This document shows positions 9,427-19,024 of a DNA stretch of 64,000 nt, one piece after another. Numbering within the stretch: the first letter of the stretch is position 1; each line of letters opens with the position of its first letter. The stretch spans positions 32,001 to 96,000 of the forward strand of contig JBBIGR010000008.1 of NCBI GenBank assembly GCA_037447435.1, in the 5' to 3' direction. A model generated the notes under the pieces. It worked only from the letters and a program-made list of their open reading frames with translations. It was not told where the DNA came from and did not search any database. Origin of the DNA: Fibrobacteria bacterium (lineage in GTDB: Bacteria > Fibrobacterota > Chitinivibrionia > Chitinivibrionales > FEN-1185). The position numbers and the translations under genes are program-made.

Positions 9427-10355
9427 AAAAGCAATTATCTGTTGTCGTTGCGTCGCATCGAAGCGCCGCCATGCGCAGGCTGGCGTCCGCATTATCCTCG
9501 CGAATGCCGGATTTTGTTGAGATTGTCGTCGTCGCGGATTACAACACGGACAAATTGTCGTGCGAATTTCCCAAGTTTACATGGATGGTTCTTAACAATA
9601 AAAGCATATCCGCAAAGCGCAATATGGGTTGCGATGCGGCCAGCGCCGATATTGTCGCGTTTATCGACGATGATTGCGTGCCGTCGCCCGATTGGATGGA
9701 ACTGGGTCTCGCATTTTTAAACGCAAATCCCAATGCGGCCGGGTGTGAAGGAAGGACCGTTATTGATAAAACAGATGCGATAGCACCGATGTCGGAATAT
9801 AAGCGGTTGGAACAGCCCGGCTACAGGACGAATAATATTTTTTATCGAAAGCAGGCGATTAATTCGGTCGGCGGATTTGACGAACGCTTCACGATTCAAC
9901 GTGAGGACGTCGACCTCGCATACGGCATTTTAGAAAAAGGCCATACAATCGCCTATTGTCCGGAAGCAATTGTTTTTCACAGTACCAGACCGAATGAATA
10001 TTTTGATCTGATTAAAAATTGTATCAACCGTCGTTTTGATCCGCTTTTATATAAAAAGCACAAGGTGTTATATCGAAAGCATGTCGGGTGCCCGATTCCG
10101 CCGAGTATCGGAATTATTCTGACATCTCATTGCGTTTCCTTGTTGGTTTTTATGTTCGCAAAACCGATGACGGAATGGTTTTTTCTTTTGGAATTCATGG
10201 TAGCCTTTTCACTGGCATGGCGACGAAACCAAGGGAGACATCAGTACGGAATTTCTCTTTTTATAGATGGAATTTTATTTTTGATGGCACCGTTTTTTCT
10301 TTTAGGTGCCTTAATCCACGGAAGCGTCAGGTTTAAAAAATGGTTGATTTTTTAA
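9411..10355 (+). CDS. Glycosyltransferase family 2 with C-terminal TM helices
   Basis: KRNMG; AFIDDDC; GGFDERF..REDVDL; hydrophobic C-terminus. Confidence 0.9.
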   Translation: MQNTVKKQLSVVVASHRSAAMRRLASALSSRMPDFVEIVVVADYNTDKLSCEFPKFTWMVLNNKSISAKRNMGCDAASADIVAFIDDDCVPSPDWMELGLAFLNANPNAAGCEGRTVIDKTDAIAPMSEYKRLEQPGYRTNNIFYRKQAINSVGGFDERFTIQREDVDLAYGILEKGHTIAYCPEAIVFHSTRPNEYFDLIKNCINRRFDPLLYKKHKVLYRKHVGCPIPPSIGIILTSHCVSLLVFMFAKPMTEWFFLLEFMVAFSLAWRRNQGRHQYGISLFIDGILFLMAPFFLLGALIHGSVRFKKWLIF

Positions 10356-10420
10356 AAGATTATACTAAATGATCCGGAAACAGATGTTACTAAAGTAAAA
10401 GCATCAGGAAAATTACCAGG

Positions 10421-11446
10421 ATGAAAATTGCTTTTTTTACAAAGGACCTTCCGTCGGATAAACCGAACGGAGTATCTTGCCAGGCTCACCGACTTGCAAA
10501 TAGTTTGGTTATTTTAGGAGAAAAAGTGATATGCTATTCATTTTCCGAAAAACCAACGGATGCGTTATATGTGCATATACAACTCGATCGGAAGGCAAAA
10601 TCAAAAACAGCCGCGCTATTCGAAGCGGGGCGGGTATTTGCCGCAATGCAAACATCGGACTACGATGTTGTCCATTTTCATGGAGACGATTATTTCGTTA
10701 AGGGAAAACCGAATCATATCAGGACGTTTTACGGTTCGGCTTTTTTTGAAGCACGGTTCGAACATGATTTCCTCAGAAAAATGCGGCAATCGCTATTTTA
10801 CATTTTTGAATGGGTTTCCTGTTTGCGCAGCGGCCTAAAAGTCGCAATTTCACATTCGACAAAAACCGCGTTACCGTTGGTAACCACGGTGATTGCATGC
10901 GGCGTACCGCTTGATTCGTTCAGCCCGGTACGGGCCAAAACCCCATTTCCGAGCATGTTATTCATAGGTGATCTTGACAGCAGAAAACGCGGCGGACTAT
11001 TGGTAAAGGAATTCGAGACGCATGTCCTTCCGAAAATACCCGATGCGGTTTTGACGATAATTGGACCGCAAGAATGCATTGGTCCCAATATCGTATGGAA
11101 AAAAAAGGTAGACCAGGCGGAGCTGATCGAGCAATACCGCAAAGCCTGGATTTATTGTTGCCCAAGTTCGTATGAAGGTTTCGGCGTTCCGCTGTGTGAA
11201 GCCATGGCCTGCGGGACTGCGGTAGTGGCGTGTGAAAACGAAACGGTTGCGGAAATTATCTCCCATGGAAAAGACGGGATGATTTGCAAAGAAAAAGACT
11301 TGGGCGAATCGCTTGTTTCGGTCCTCGGCAATTCGCATTTGCGCGCAGGACTTACCGATAAAGCGCTTGATACGGTAAGAAAGTACGATATGATGAACAT
11401 AGCAAGGCAGTATGTAAACCTTTACGAGCGTATCGCCCGGCAATAA
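10421..11446 (+). CDS. Glycosyltransferase family 4
   Basis: NGVSCQAHRLA; RKRG; PSSYEGFGVPLCEAMACG. Confidence 0.9.
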   Translation: MKIAFFTKDLPSDKPNGVSCQAHRLANSLVILGEKVICYSFSEKPTDALYVHIQLDRKAKSKTAALFEAGRVFAAMQTSDYDVVHFHGDDYFVKGKPNHIRTFYGSAFFEARFEHDFLRKMRQSLFYIFEWVSCLRSGLKVAISHSTKTALPLVTTVIACGVPLDSFSPVRAKTPFPSMLFIGDLDSRKRGGLLVKEFETHVLPKIPDAVLTIIGPQECIGPNIVWKKKVDQAELIEQYRKAWIYCCPSSYEGFGVPLCEAMACGTAVVACENETVAEIISHGKDGMICKEKDLGESLVSVLGNSHLRAGLTDKALDTVRKYDMMNIARQYVNLYERIARQ

Positions 11447-11452
11447 ATAATT

Positions 11453-12916
11453 ATGCAAAAAAAAGCCCTGAACAGCGTATTGTATTTTGCCGTCATTGTA
11501 ACCGGCATCTTTTTGGCATATAAAACAATATATATACCAAAGCAAGGGGAGCTTGTCGCCCTCATTACGATTTTACTGCTGTATCCTATTTTCCGCTATC
11601 CGTTGACCGGCGTATATGCCGCATTTCTTATTGCGCCTTTTGTATCCTTTTTAAGGCGATTATATTATCTGATTCATGCTCGGCCGACAATTGACCCGTT
11701 GATAATGCTGACAGACATCCTTGTCGCTGTTGTTTTCGCCGGATTGATATTCGAACTTCGGGAAAAATTGAAAGAAAAAGGACATGAGGCAGGCGCATTT
11801 CTTACCGTTGTAACGATCTATATCATTTATATGGTTATCCGTACTTTCGTTTTCAACATTCAACCTCCATCGGAAAGTATTGCAAAACTGAAATACTACG
11901 CGCCGAACGTTCTTTTGTTTTATATAGGTTTTGTCTACGCGGCTCGATTGACCCATGCGAAAGCTATCTGGTACCTTACCTTGGTCATCGGAGTCGTTTC
12001 TTGCCTTTATGGCCTTAAACAACTGTACATCGGGTATTCGAGTTTTGAAAAAATCTGGTTTTCTTCAATATCATTCACGACCTTGTTCATTAAAGGTATT
12101 GCAAGGCCTTTTTCGTTTTTCCAAGCGCCAGCTGCTTTTGCCGATTACCTTGTCATCGGCATGGTCGCGGCCATAATGATCGGTGCCTGGGGAAAGTTTA
12201 AGAGTAAAGTGTTCGCGGCATGTTCGATTCCGCTTTTATTTTCGGGCGTGCTCATTACTTCGGTCCGTTCAAGTTGGATAGGTGCGTTGGCGGTTTTCTT
12301 TTTTTGGTTTGGTTTTTTGAAAGTAAAGAAAACCGCCAACCGGATTGTCATCATAGTTCTGGTGGCAGTTGCATTTTTTTCATATCAAATGGTAGACGAT
12401 GTATTGTCAAGCTGGTTGGGAATTAAGAGCATCAAATCCGCGGTCACCGCCCCGGCGGGGACTGGAAAGAATTACGTGGATTTGCTTGTTACCAACAGGA
12501 CAGGAGCCATAACGAATCCCTTTGAAGAACATTCATTGCTTTCCAGGATGACCCTATGGCAATACGTATTCGAGTCGTCGTTGAGCTTTGAGAGAATTTT
12601 TTTAGGCCGTGGCCTCGGCACTCTTAACTCCGATTCGCTGTATGTAACGTATCTTGCCGAATTCGGTTATCCGGGGTTGATTGTCGCGCTGTTTTTCATG
12701 ATCGGATTCGTTCTGCGGGGCCTTAAAACTCTTGATAGGCTTACCGATGATCGGGTGATTGTATTGACAAAAGGAATAATTGTCATGGACATGGTTTTGG
12801 GGCTCATGTGCGTGACAGGTTCCCATATTCATGCGTTTCCCGGCGATATGTACTTTTGGTTTTTTAACGGGATGTTAATGAATGTCGTTACAATGGAGAA
12901 AAGGATCGTTCAATGA
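11453..12916 (+). CDS. O-antigen ligase / Wzy polymerase family membrane protein
   Basis: About 12 hydrophobic segments; RPFSFF; TSVRSSWIG; SRMTLW; LGRGLG; DSLYVTYLAEFGYPG (Wzy_C pattern). Confidence 0.85.
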   Translation: MQKKALNSVLYFAVIVTGIFLAYKTIYIPKQGELVALITILLLYPIFRYPLTGVYAAFLIAPFVSFLRRLYYLIHARPTIDPLIMLTDILVAVVFAGLIFELREKLKEKGHEAGAFLTVVTIYIIYMVIRTFVFNIQPPSESIAKLKYYAPNVLLFYIGFVYAARLTHAKAIWYLTLVIGVVSCLYGLKQLYIGYSSFEKIWFSSISFTTLFIKGIARPFSFFQAPAAFADYLVIGMVAAIMIGAWGKFKSKVFAACSIPLLFSGVLITSVRSSWIGALAVFFFWFGFLKVKKTANRIVIIVLVAVAFFSYQMVDDVLSSWLGIKSIKSAVTAPAGTGKNYVDLLVTNRTGAITNPFEEHSLLSRMTLWQYVFESSLSFERIFLGRGLGTLNSDSLYVTYLAEFGYPGLIVALFFMIGFVLRGLKTLDRLTDDRVIVLTKGIIVMDMVLGLMCVTGSHIHAFPGDMYFWFFNGMLMNVVTMEKRIVQ

Positions 12917-14007
12917 TCGGTTTCCCCCAGAAGATCCTTGTCACGCTTGATTTTCCTCCCGCCCACGGAGGAATACAGCGTTTCTTACATGACTTGGTTG
13001 TTCACACCTATGCGCAAACCGATATGGTTCTAGTTGGTGCTGGAGCCGAAACAAAACAAACGCCGGGCACATATCCTTGTCCGATAATATACGTTTCAAG
13101 TGTGTTATCGACCTATGATGAAAAATTCTCAATTTTTCCTTTATGTATAAAGTTAATAAGATTGCTTACTGCTGATTCTGGAAATGCGACCATATTGTGC
13201 GGCAATATATTTGCAGCTTGTGCGGCTTTTCCACTCAAAATGGTATTTGGTAAATCCTATTCGGTGTATGTTTACGGGACGGAATTGCTCCCCTTACGAA
13301 ATAAACTGTCGATTAAGGCCTTGTTTCTTCGGAGCGTTTTGTCACATGCGGAAACGATCATTTCCATAAGCGATTATACGACGGAATTGGTAAAAAAAAT
13401 TCTTCCCAATGCCACTGTTCAAAAGCAAACGCCTAAGATCTCTTTGGAAAAGTACCCCTTTGCAAAGGATGAAATGCAAGCGAGGTCGGTAAAAAATGAA
13501 AATGCGTTTAAAATTCTCAGCGTTGGCCGGTTGGTAAAGCATAAAGGACACGACTGTCTTATAAAAGCTGTTTCCGACTTGCCAAAAGCAATTAATTGGA
13601 ACCTTGTTATTGTGGGAAGTGGACCGCAATTGAATTCACTGAAGCTCTTGGCTGCAAAATATAACATCCAAAACAAGGTAGAATTCAGGACGGATTTATC
13701 CGATGAAGAGGTATGTAATACCTATCGTGAATCTTCGATATTTGTGTTTCCTTCAGTTTCAAATGGAGGTACGGAAGGGTTTGGTATTGTCCTTTTAGAA
13801 GCCATGGCGCATTTTCTGCCCATAATCGCAAGCGATACCGGGGCTGTACGGGAGGTTCTTGATAACGGAAAATGCGGTATGTTAATCCCGCCGGGCGATA
13901 GCGGCTTTTTATGCAAAGCGATATGTCGCCTTTTCCAAGAGCCTGAGTTGCGCCATTTTTATGCAACAGCCGCAAATCAACGGGTCATTGAAAATTATGC
14001 ATGGTAA
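12913..14007 (+). CDS. Glycosyltransferase family 4 (PimB-like)
   Basis: LDFPPAHGGIQ; SVGRLVKHKG; EGFGIVLLEAMA. Confidence 0.9.
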   Translation: MIGFPQKILVTLDFPPAHGGIQRFLHDLVVHTYAQTDMVLVGAGAETKQTPGTYPCPIIYVSSVLSTYDEKFSIFPLCIKLIRLLTADSGNATILCGNIFAACAAFPLKMVFGKSYSVYVYGTELLPLRNKLSIKALFLRSVLSHAETIISISDYTTELVKKILPNATVQKQTPKISLEKYPFAKDEMQARSVKNENAFKILSVGRLVKHKGHDCLIKAVSDLPKAINWNLVIVGSGPQLNSLKLLAAKYNIQNKVEFRTDLSDEEVCNTYRESSIFVFPSVSNGGTEGFGIVLLEAMAHFLPIIASDTGAVREVLDNGKCGMLIPPGDSGFLCKAICRLFQEPELRHFYATAANQRVIENYAW

Positions 14008-15166
14008 AAATCGTCCGACCATATTATTTATTAATCATTGGGCGCACACGATGGGCGGTGCGGAACATTCACTTCTTGACATGCTTTCTTTTATCGCCTC
14101 CGAAGCGGAATGTCATTTGGTCACCGTGGAGCCGGGTATACTTGTTGAAAAAGCCGAACAATCGGGTGTCAAGTGTCATATTGTGCCGTGCCCATTGAAA
14201 ACACAGAAGCTTCTGCGCAAAAATATTATTCGTACGATGCTCACTTCTCTTCCGGATATTCTTGCCTATATCCGGTACGTCTTTTCCATGCGATTGCTCG
14301 TACGGCATATAAAGCCGCAGGTGATCCATGCAAATGTTCCAAAGTCGCACATTACACTTTTTCTCCTGCAGAAATTTGGCTATCGAAAAACTTGTTGTTT
14401 TCATATTCGCGAAATATTCGAACGGGATTCGTTGCCATGGAAAATATACCGATTGCTGTTTTCAAAAAAGCAAAGCGTTGTTTTAGCGATTTCGAACCAC
14501 GTATTCGACATGTTGCCTGCGAAAATGCAAAAAGCCGCGCGCGTGGTGTATAATGGGGTATTTATCCGGCCGGCATGGCCGCTTCGGACGCGGCACAATT
14601 TGCAACTAAAACTATGTTATGTCGGCCGGATCGTTCCTTGGAAAGGATGCGAGTATCTTGTCGAGGTGGTTGCATATATTAAACGACATAATCCGTCAGC
14701 CAAAGTGTCTTTGTCGCTTATCGGCGATACCGCTTATTGGCCGCAAGGCTATCGTGACGAACTGAGGGCATTAATACAAAGGAGCAATCTTGAAGAAGCC
14801 TGCTTTTTATTTCCAAACACAACAGATGTTGATTCAGCCTATAGTACGCATCATGTGTTTGTCAATGCCTCGCATCAAGAACCGTTTGGACGCTCCATTG
14901 CCGAAGCCCAGGGAGCCGGCCTGCCGGTAATAGCATTCGAATCGGGTGCTCTTTCCGAAATCGTTGAAAACGGTGAAACAGGATATTTGGTTCCTTATGG
15001 CGATGTTCCCGCAATGGCCACAATGGTTTTAAAGTTATATTGTGATCCTGAATTATGTGAATCTCTTGGGGCCAATGGACGCTTGCGGGCATTGCGTTTA
15101 TTCAACCGGGATATTCAACTCCCGTTGCTTTATAAAACAATTATTGGTCAAGTAAAGAACTACTGA
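13997..15166 (+). CDS. Glycosyltransferase family 4
   Basis: Start set at ATG 13997; GGAEHSL; VGRIVPWKG; EPFGRSIAEAQGAGLPVI. Confidence 0.9.
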   Translation: MHGKNRPTILFINHWAHTMGGAEHSLLDMLSFIASEAECHLVTVEPGILVEKAEQSGVKCHIVPCPLKTQKLLRKNIIRTMLTSLPDILAYIRYVFSMRLLVRHIKPQVIHANVPKSHITLFLLQKFGYRKTCCFHIREIFERDSLPWKIYRLLFSKKQSVVLAISNHVFDMLPAKMQKAARVVYNGVFIRPAWPLRTRHNLQLKLCYVGRIVPWKGCEYLVEVVAYIKRHNPSAKVSLSLIGDTAYWPQGYRDELRALIQRSNLEEACFLFPNTTDVDSAYSTHHVFVNASHQEPFGRSIAEAQGAGLPVIAFESGALSEIVENGETGYLVPYGDVPAMATMVLKLYCDPELCESLGANGRLRALRLFNRDIQLPLLYKTIIGQVKNY

Positions 15167-15205
15167 AGAGTGTGTTGAAACACCCTCGTTTTGAACCGGA
15201 GAGGA

Positions 15206-15403
15206 TCAGGTAAACTTTTGGGAGGTTTTTCTTGCTTGTGCAATCGGTACCCATCGACCTTCGCACAAAACTTTACCCTGTGAAAGTCGATCGATTATCT
15301 TCTTCGTCATTTCGAGGCGTTTATTGATGGAAACCCATGTGCCATCATCGTCAATGACTTGCCCATTGTGAACTCTCTGTATAATTTTGTCAACGGTTTC
15401 CAT
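15206..15403 (-). CDS. Small hypothetical protein made of two internal repeats
   Basis: 65 aa, 2 bp after the upstream gene's stop; repeats KIIQRVHNGQVIDDDGTWVSI / KIIDRLSQGKVLCEGRWVPI. Confidence 0.65.
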   Translation of the reverse strand: METVDKIIQRVHNGQVIDDDGTWVSINKRLEMTKKIIDRLSQGKVLCEGRWVPIAQARKTSQKFT

Positions 15404-15405
15404 AA

Positions 15406-16194
15406 TTAAAAGAAAGAAACACTATCTTTATTTGATTGTTTTTTCTGTTTGCCACTCTTGGGAAGCGACGTCGTTTCTTTTTTCTGCTTTGCCGGCTTTG
15501 TTTCTTTCACCGGCGCAACAACGGGTTCAGGCTTTGGCGCTTCTGTCTCAGTAATTGGCTTTTGCGTTATGGCTGTGTCTACAGGGGGTGAAGCCTCTGG
15601 GCTTACTTTATGAGAAGATGCAGATTCTTCGGCCTCGGCTTTAACTTTTGATAAATCGTCTTTTGCAAAAGGCTCGCCGCCGGAAAGCTTCCGTGCGGTA
15701 TCGAGTTCCGACATTGCGCGCACATACTGTTGTCGTTTCATATAAACGTCTGCAGCAAGTAAGTATGGTGCAGGATCCTTAAATTGTGATGAAATTTTCG
15801 CGTTATCGAGAATAATTACCGCTTCTTTTTCCTTACCGGTTGCAAGCTTCCCAAGCGCTTGGTTTACAAGAGATAAAGTGGATACTTGCGTGTTGATGGA
15901 TTTAACGTAAATGGAGCCCACAATAATGACCGAGGCAAGGCAACAGACGGAAACTACCAAAGAAACAATGGCAAGGACCATCGGCGTTTTAGATGAAACG
16001 ACTATACGTTCCGAAACATTTTTTGCTAAGATTTTTTCAAGTTGGATAACCGAATATCCGCATTCGTTTGATTCCGGAAATTCATCAATAATTGCTTTAT
16101 ACAGGCGGCAGGCTTCAGTTGTCTTTCCTTCATCGTACTGCAGCCGATACGCTTTCTCGTATAATTCCAACGGAGAGTTGGCGGTTTCTTTCAT
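15406..16194 (-). CDS. Bitopic membrane protein with TPR-like helices and a Pro/Lys-rich tail
   Basis: LYEKAYRLQYDEGKTTEACRLYKAIIDEFPES (TPR-like); central TM; APYLLAADVYMKRQQYVRAMSEL; low-complexity C-terminus. Confidence 0.7.
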   Translation of the reverse strand: MKETANSPLELYEKAYRLQYDEGKTTEACRLYKAIIDEFPESNECGYSVIQLEKILAKNVSERIVVSSKTPMVLAIVSLVVSVCCLASVIIVGSIYVKSINTQVSTLSLVNQALGKLATGKEKEAVIILDNAKISSQFKDPAPYLLAADVYMKRQQYVRAMSELDTARKLSGGEPFAKDDLSKVKAEAEESASSHKVSPEASPPVDTAITQKPITETEAPKPEPVVAPVKETKPAKQKKETTSLPKSGKQKKQSNKDSVSFF

Positions 16195-16523
16195 CGCAGC
16201 CCTCTTTTAAAATTTTTAAGTAGAGATTTGACCTGTTTATCCGACATACTTTTAGAATCTTCAGGAGCTGGTGTATAACGGCTGCAAATAAAAGAATAAT
16301 CGCCCCCAAAGGATACAACGCCTGCAGTCCCCCCGGTTCGTTTAGATCGGAATTCTGGACATTTTTGTTTCATTTTACAATTGAAGCAAGATGCTTCTTT
16401 TTGTCGTTGCTGGCGATCATAACCTTTTGCCTCCAGATCCTTGTCTTTGGCATCGGATTCATAGACTCTGGCAGTTGCCCTGTTTTTTTCAGCGACTTGA
16501 TCATGGTCAACATAACGCTTCAT
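16191..16523 (-). CDS. Hypothetical protein with CxxCx5C...C motif (possible Zn/Fe-S binding)
   Basis: Start at ATG 16523 preceded by AGGAG; CFNCKMKQKC...FICSRY; 4-bp overlap with the next gene. Confidence 0.7.
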   Translation of the reverse strand: MKRYVDHDQVAEKNRATARVYESDAKDKDLEAKGYDRQQRQKEASCFNCKMKQKCPEFRSKRTGGTAGVVSFGGDYSFICSRYTPAPEDSKSMSDKQVKSLLKNFKRGLR

Positions 16524-16729
16524 GTGAATTCTCCTATTATAAGATACTTCAAGGATAAAATAATCTTTTACCAATGTATCTACAAGCTGTGGGGAAAACA
16601 ATATGAATCCAAGGTGTTCGGTAAATCATTTCTCAAATGGGAGAAATACGATCTGTCGTGGCATGGAGGGATTTTGCATCGCCGCTTCAGGCATTACAGA
16701 CGATTTCCATAAAAAAAATGCAAAATAGG

Positions 16730-17776
16730 CTAAACAGAAAGGGAGTAGTGCCTTTCGGAACAAGCGCGTAACCTACGAGCTGTCTCTTCAGGCGTACTGT
16801 CGCGTTTGTCCATGAAGGCAAGTTCGTAGGCTGTCATGAAGCGTCGGCGGACGGCATTGCGTGCGAGCGGTGGCAGAAAATGAATGTGAAAATGCCATGC
16901 AGCATCGGAAATTTTTGAACCCGCAAAGGGCTTTTGGTGAACAGCCATTGCATAGGGAAACGATGAAAAGTTAAGATTATCTAACTTTACCGTGATTCGA
17001 TGAAGCATATCGGCCATGGCAAACTTCGCATCTCTTGACATGGTGATAATGTCCGAATAATGTTTTTTTGGCAAAATTATTGTCTCGTAAGGCCAATGTG
17101 CCCAAAACGGGACTATGGCGACACAATAATCGTTTTCAAGGATCAAGCGAGATTTCATTTTCAATTCTACTTCGACGTACGTACACAATAAACAGGCATT
17201 ATGGGAAGAAAAATATTTTTCTTGATTAATTGTTTCAATTGCTGGTACCGTAGGCACGGTCGCGCTTGAAACTATTTGACAATGCGGATGCAGTGTGGTT
17301 CCGCCCATGAGTTCGCCGCGATTCTCGAAAATAGAGATATAGCCGGTTTCGCCAGGTATGAACATTTCCTTGTATTCATTTTCCCAAGCTTCAATAATGG
17401 TATAAATTTCTTGCGGAGTTAATAAGGACAGCGAAAGGTCATGGCGGGGTGAATAGCTTATGACGCGGCATAGCCCTTGCTCGCCGTTGGCAACAAGAAC
17501 GTCACGTTCGTTCATCTTTTCCAAAGGAATATCGGGAAGAAGCATAGGGAAATCATTGTCGAAAGTAAACGGCGAGTCGTAATTTGGGTTTTTTTGGTTG
17601 CCTGCTCTCAGGTTGCCAGGGCACAATGCACATTTAGGATCAAAGGGCAAAACCGTTTGTTGCGGAGATGTATCAGGCTTGCCTTGCCATGGACGTTTCG
17701 TCCGGTGGCAAGAAACAAGTGTCCACTCACCACAAAGTGGATTATATCGCCTATGAGGAAAATCAGCCAAATTCAT
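16730..17776 (-). CDS. galT: Galactose-1-phosphate uridylyltransferase family protein
   Basis: HRRYNPL..W.LVS.HR.KRPWQG; CALCPGN; FDNDF; FENRG; catalytic HPHCQ; WHFHIHF. Confidence 0.88.
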   Translation of the reverse strand: MNLADFPHRRYNPLCGEWTLVSCHRTKRPWQGKPDTSPQQTVLPFDPKCALCPGNLRAGNQKNPNYDSPFTFDNDFPMLLPDIPLEKMNERDVLVANGEQGLCRVISYSPRHDLSLSLLTPQEIYTIIEAWENEYKEMFIPGETGYISIFENRGELMGGTTLHPHCQIVSSATVPTVPAIETINQEKYFSSHNACLLCTYVEVELKMKSRLILENDYCVAIVPFWAHWPYETIILPKKHYSDIITMSRDAKFAMADMLHRITVKLDNLNFSSFPYAMAVHQKPFAGSKISDAAWHFHIHFLPPLARNAVRRRFMTAYELAFMDKRDSTPEETARRLRACSERHYSLSV

Positions 17777-17779
17777 AAG

Positions 17780-19024
17780 TTAATTACTTTTACAACAACG
17801 AAAGCCGATAGAGGGCTTTGCGTCTCCACCGGAACCCGGTGATACAGTTTGGCATTTTGAAAGCGGGCCACCCATTGCCGATGCATTTTCACCTTTTTCG
17901 CGCACCCATTCAAAAACATTTCCAACCATATCGACAACACCGAATTTGCTGACACATTTATTTCGGCTTCCGGAAGTTTCAATTGAACTTGAAGTGTTGC
18001 AATTTTCTTTTTCCAAAATCCTTCCATAGGGATAGATATAGCCTTCTAATCCGCTACAAGCCCACCGCCATTCATCGGAAGAACATAGTCGTTTTCCCTG
18101 ATTTTCGCAAAGAGTTTTTGCATCTGAGAAAGAAACATTGACTTGAGGCAGGGCTCCTTCCTTGTTTGGAAATTCGTATTTATCGATACAGACCTTGAAA
18201 TAAGGACGATTGGCTTTGCCCGGAGGTAAATCGATAAGTATCATACCTTGTGGGCAAAACAAAGATTTTGCATATCGTTTAATTTGATCTTCTTCGCCAT
18301 CTTCGGAAGTGTGTCGAAACACACGAACAACTTGATCGAAAGTATATGATGTAGCCTGAGTTCCGTTTGTCAGAATTGTGATGCCGGGTTTGTCATCCCT
18401 TAAAATTTTTCCGATTACCAACACATTTGGTTTGGGTTTCCCTTCTTCATCGAATTCCGAGTTTTTCACGACAACAGTGTCTAGAATTTCTGTTGGGGTT
18501 TGAGAAGCTGAGGTATCAGATGTTAGTGATTTGGCCGAAACATTTCCTATTGCAATTTTATCGACTACAGAATGTGAAATGGGTATCAAAGAACCGTCGA
18601 TATCAAGCTTGATATTGTCGTTATCGATCGAAGAAAGTTTACCACGAAAAAGAATTCCGGTTTTTAGGGTAATTTCGAGGGTTACGCCGGTAGGGTTGCG
18701 CTGCGCAAGGGTCTCATAAGTGACAACTTCCGATTCGCTAAAAGCGGTAGATTGCTTTTGCTGATTTTTAAGCGGAGGTGGAGCAAGCAATGTGAAATCG
18801 GAAATCAACCCGGCATTAAATGTATAGGCATTACCTTTGCAATCAAGAATAATCGATGTGTCGGTTTTAGAATCTACCATACCTTCGAGCATGTCGCCGG
18901 TAGTTAAATTCATACGATAGGTTGCACCAACAGTTATTTCGTCCAAAGAATGTATGGGATAAGCAACATTTATACAGATGAAAAGTATAACTGTAAATAC
19001 TCTAAAAAACTTTTGAGGAATCAT
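17780..19024 (-). CDS. Exported protein: N-terminal Sm-like beta repeats plus C-terminal FGE-sulfatase (SUMF1/EgtB/PvdO) domain
   Basis: Signal peptide; CPQGM; CIDKYEFPN; GKRLCSSDEWRWAC; YPYG; GVVDMVGNVFEW; IGFRCC. Confidence 0.8.
   Translation of the reverse strand: MIPQKFFRVFTVILFICINVAYPIHSLDEITVGATYRMNLTTGDMLEGMVDSKTDTSIILDCKGNAYTFNAGLISDFTLLAPPPLKNQQKQSTAFSESEVVTYETLAQRNPTGVTLEITLKTGILFRGKLSSIDNDNIKLDIDGSLIPISHSVVDKIAIGNVSAKSLTSDTSASQTPTEILDTVVVKNSEFDEEGKPKPNVLVIGKILRDDKPGITILTNGTQATSYTFDQVVRVFRHTSEDGEEDQIKRYAKSLFCPQGMILIDLPPGKANRPYFKVCIDKYEFPNKEGALPQVNVSFSDAKTLCENQGKRLCSSDEWRWACSGLEGYIYPYGRILEKENCNTSSSIETSGSRNKCVSKFGVVDMVGNVFEWVREKGENASAMGGPLSKCQTVSPGSGGDAKPSIGFRCCKSN

Noticed and set aside
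16575..16600. DnaA-box-like sequences (TATCTACA, TGTGGGGAA)
   Set aside because: Mismatched to TTATNCACA, not clustered, and no origin-associated genes nearby
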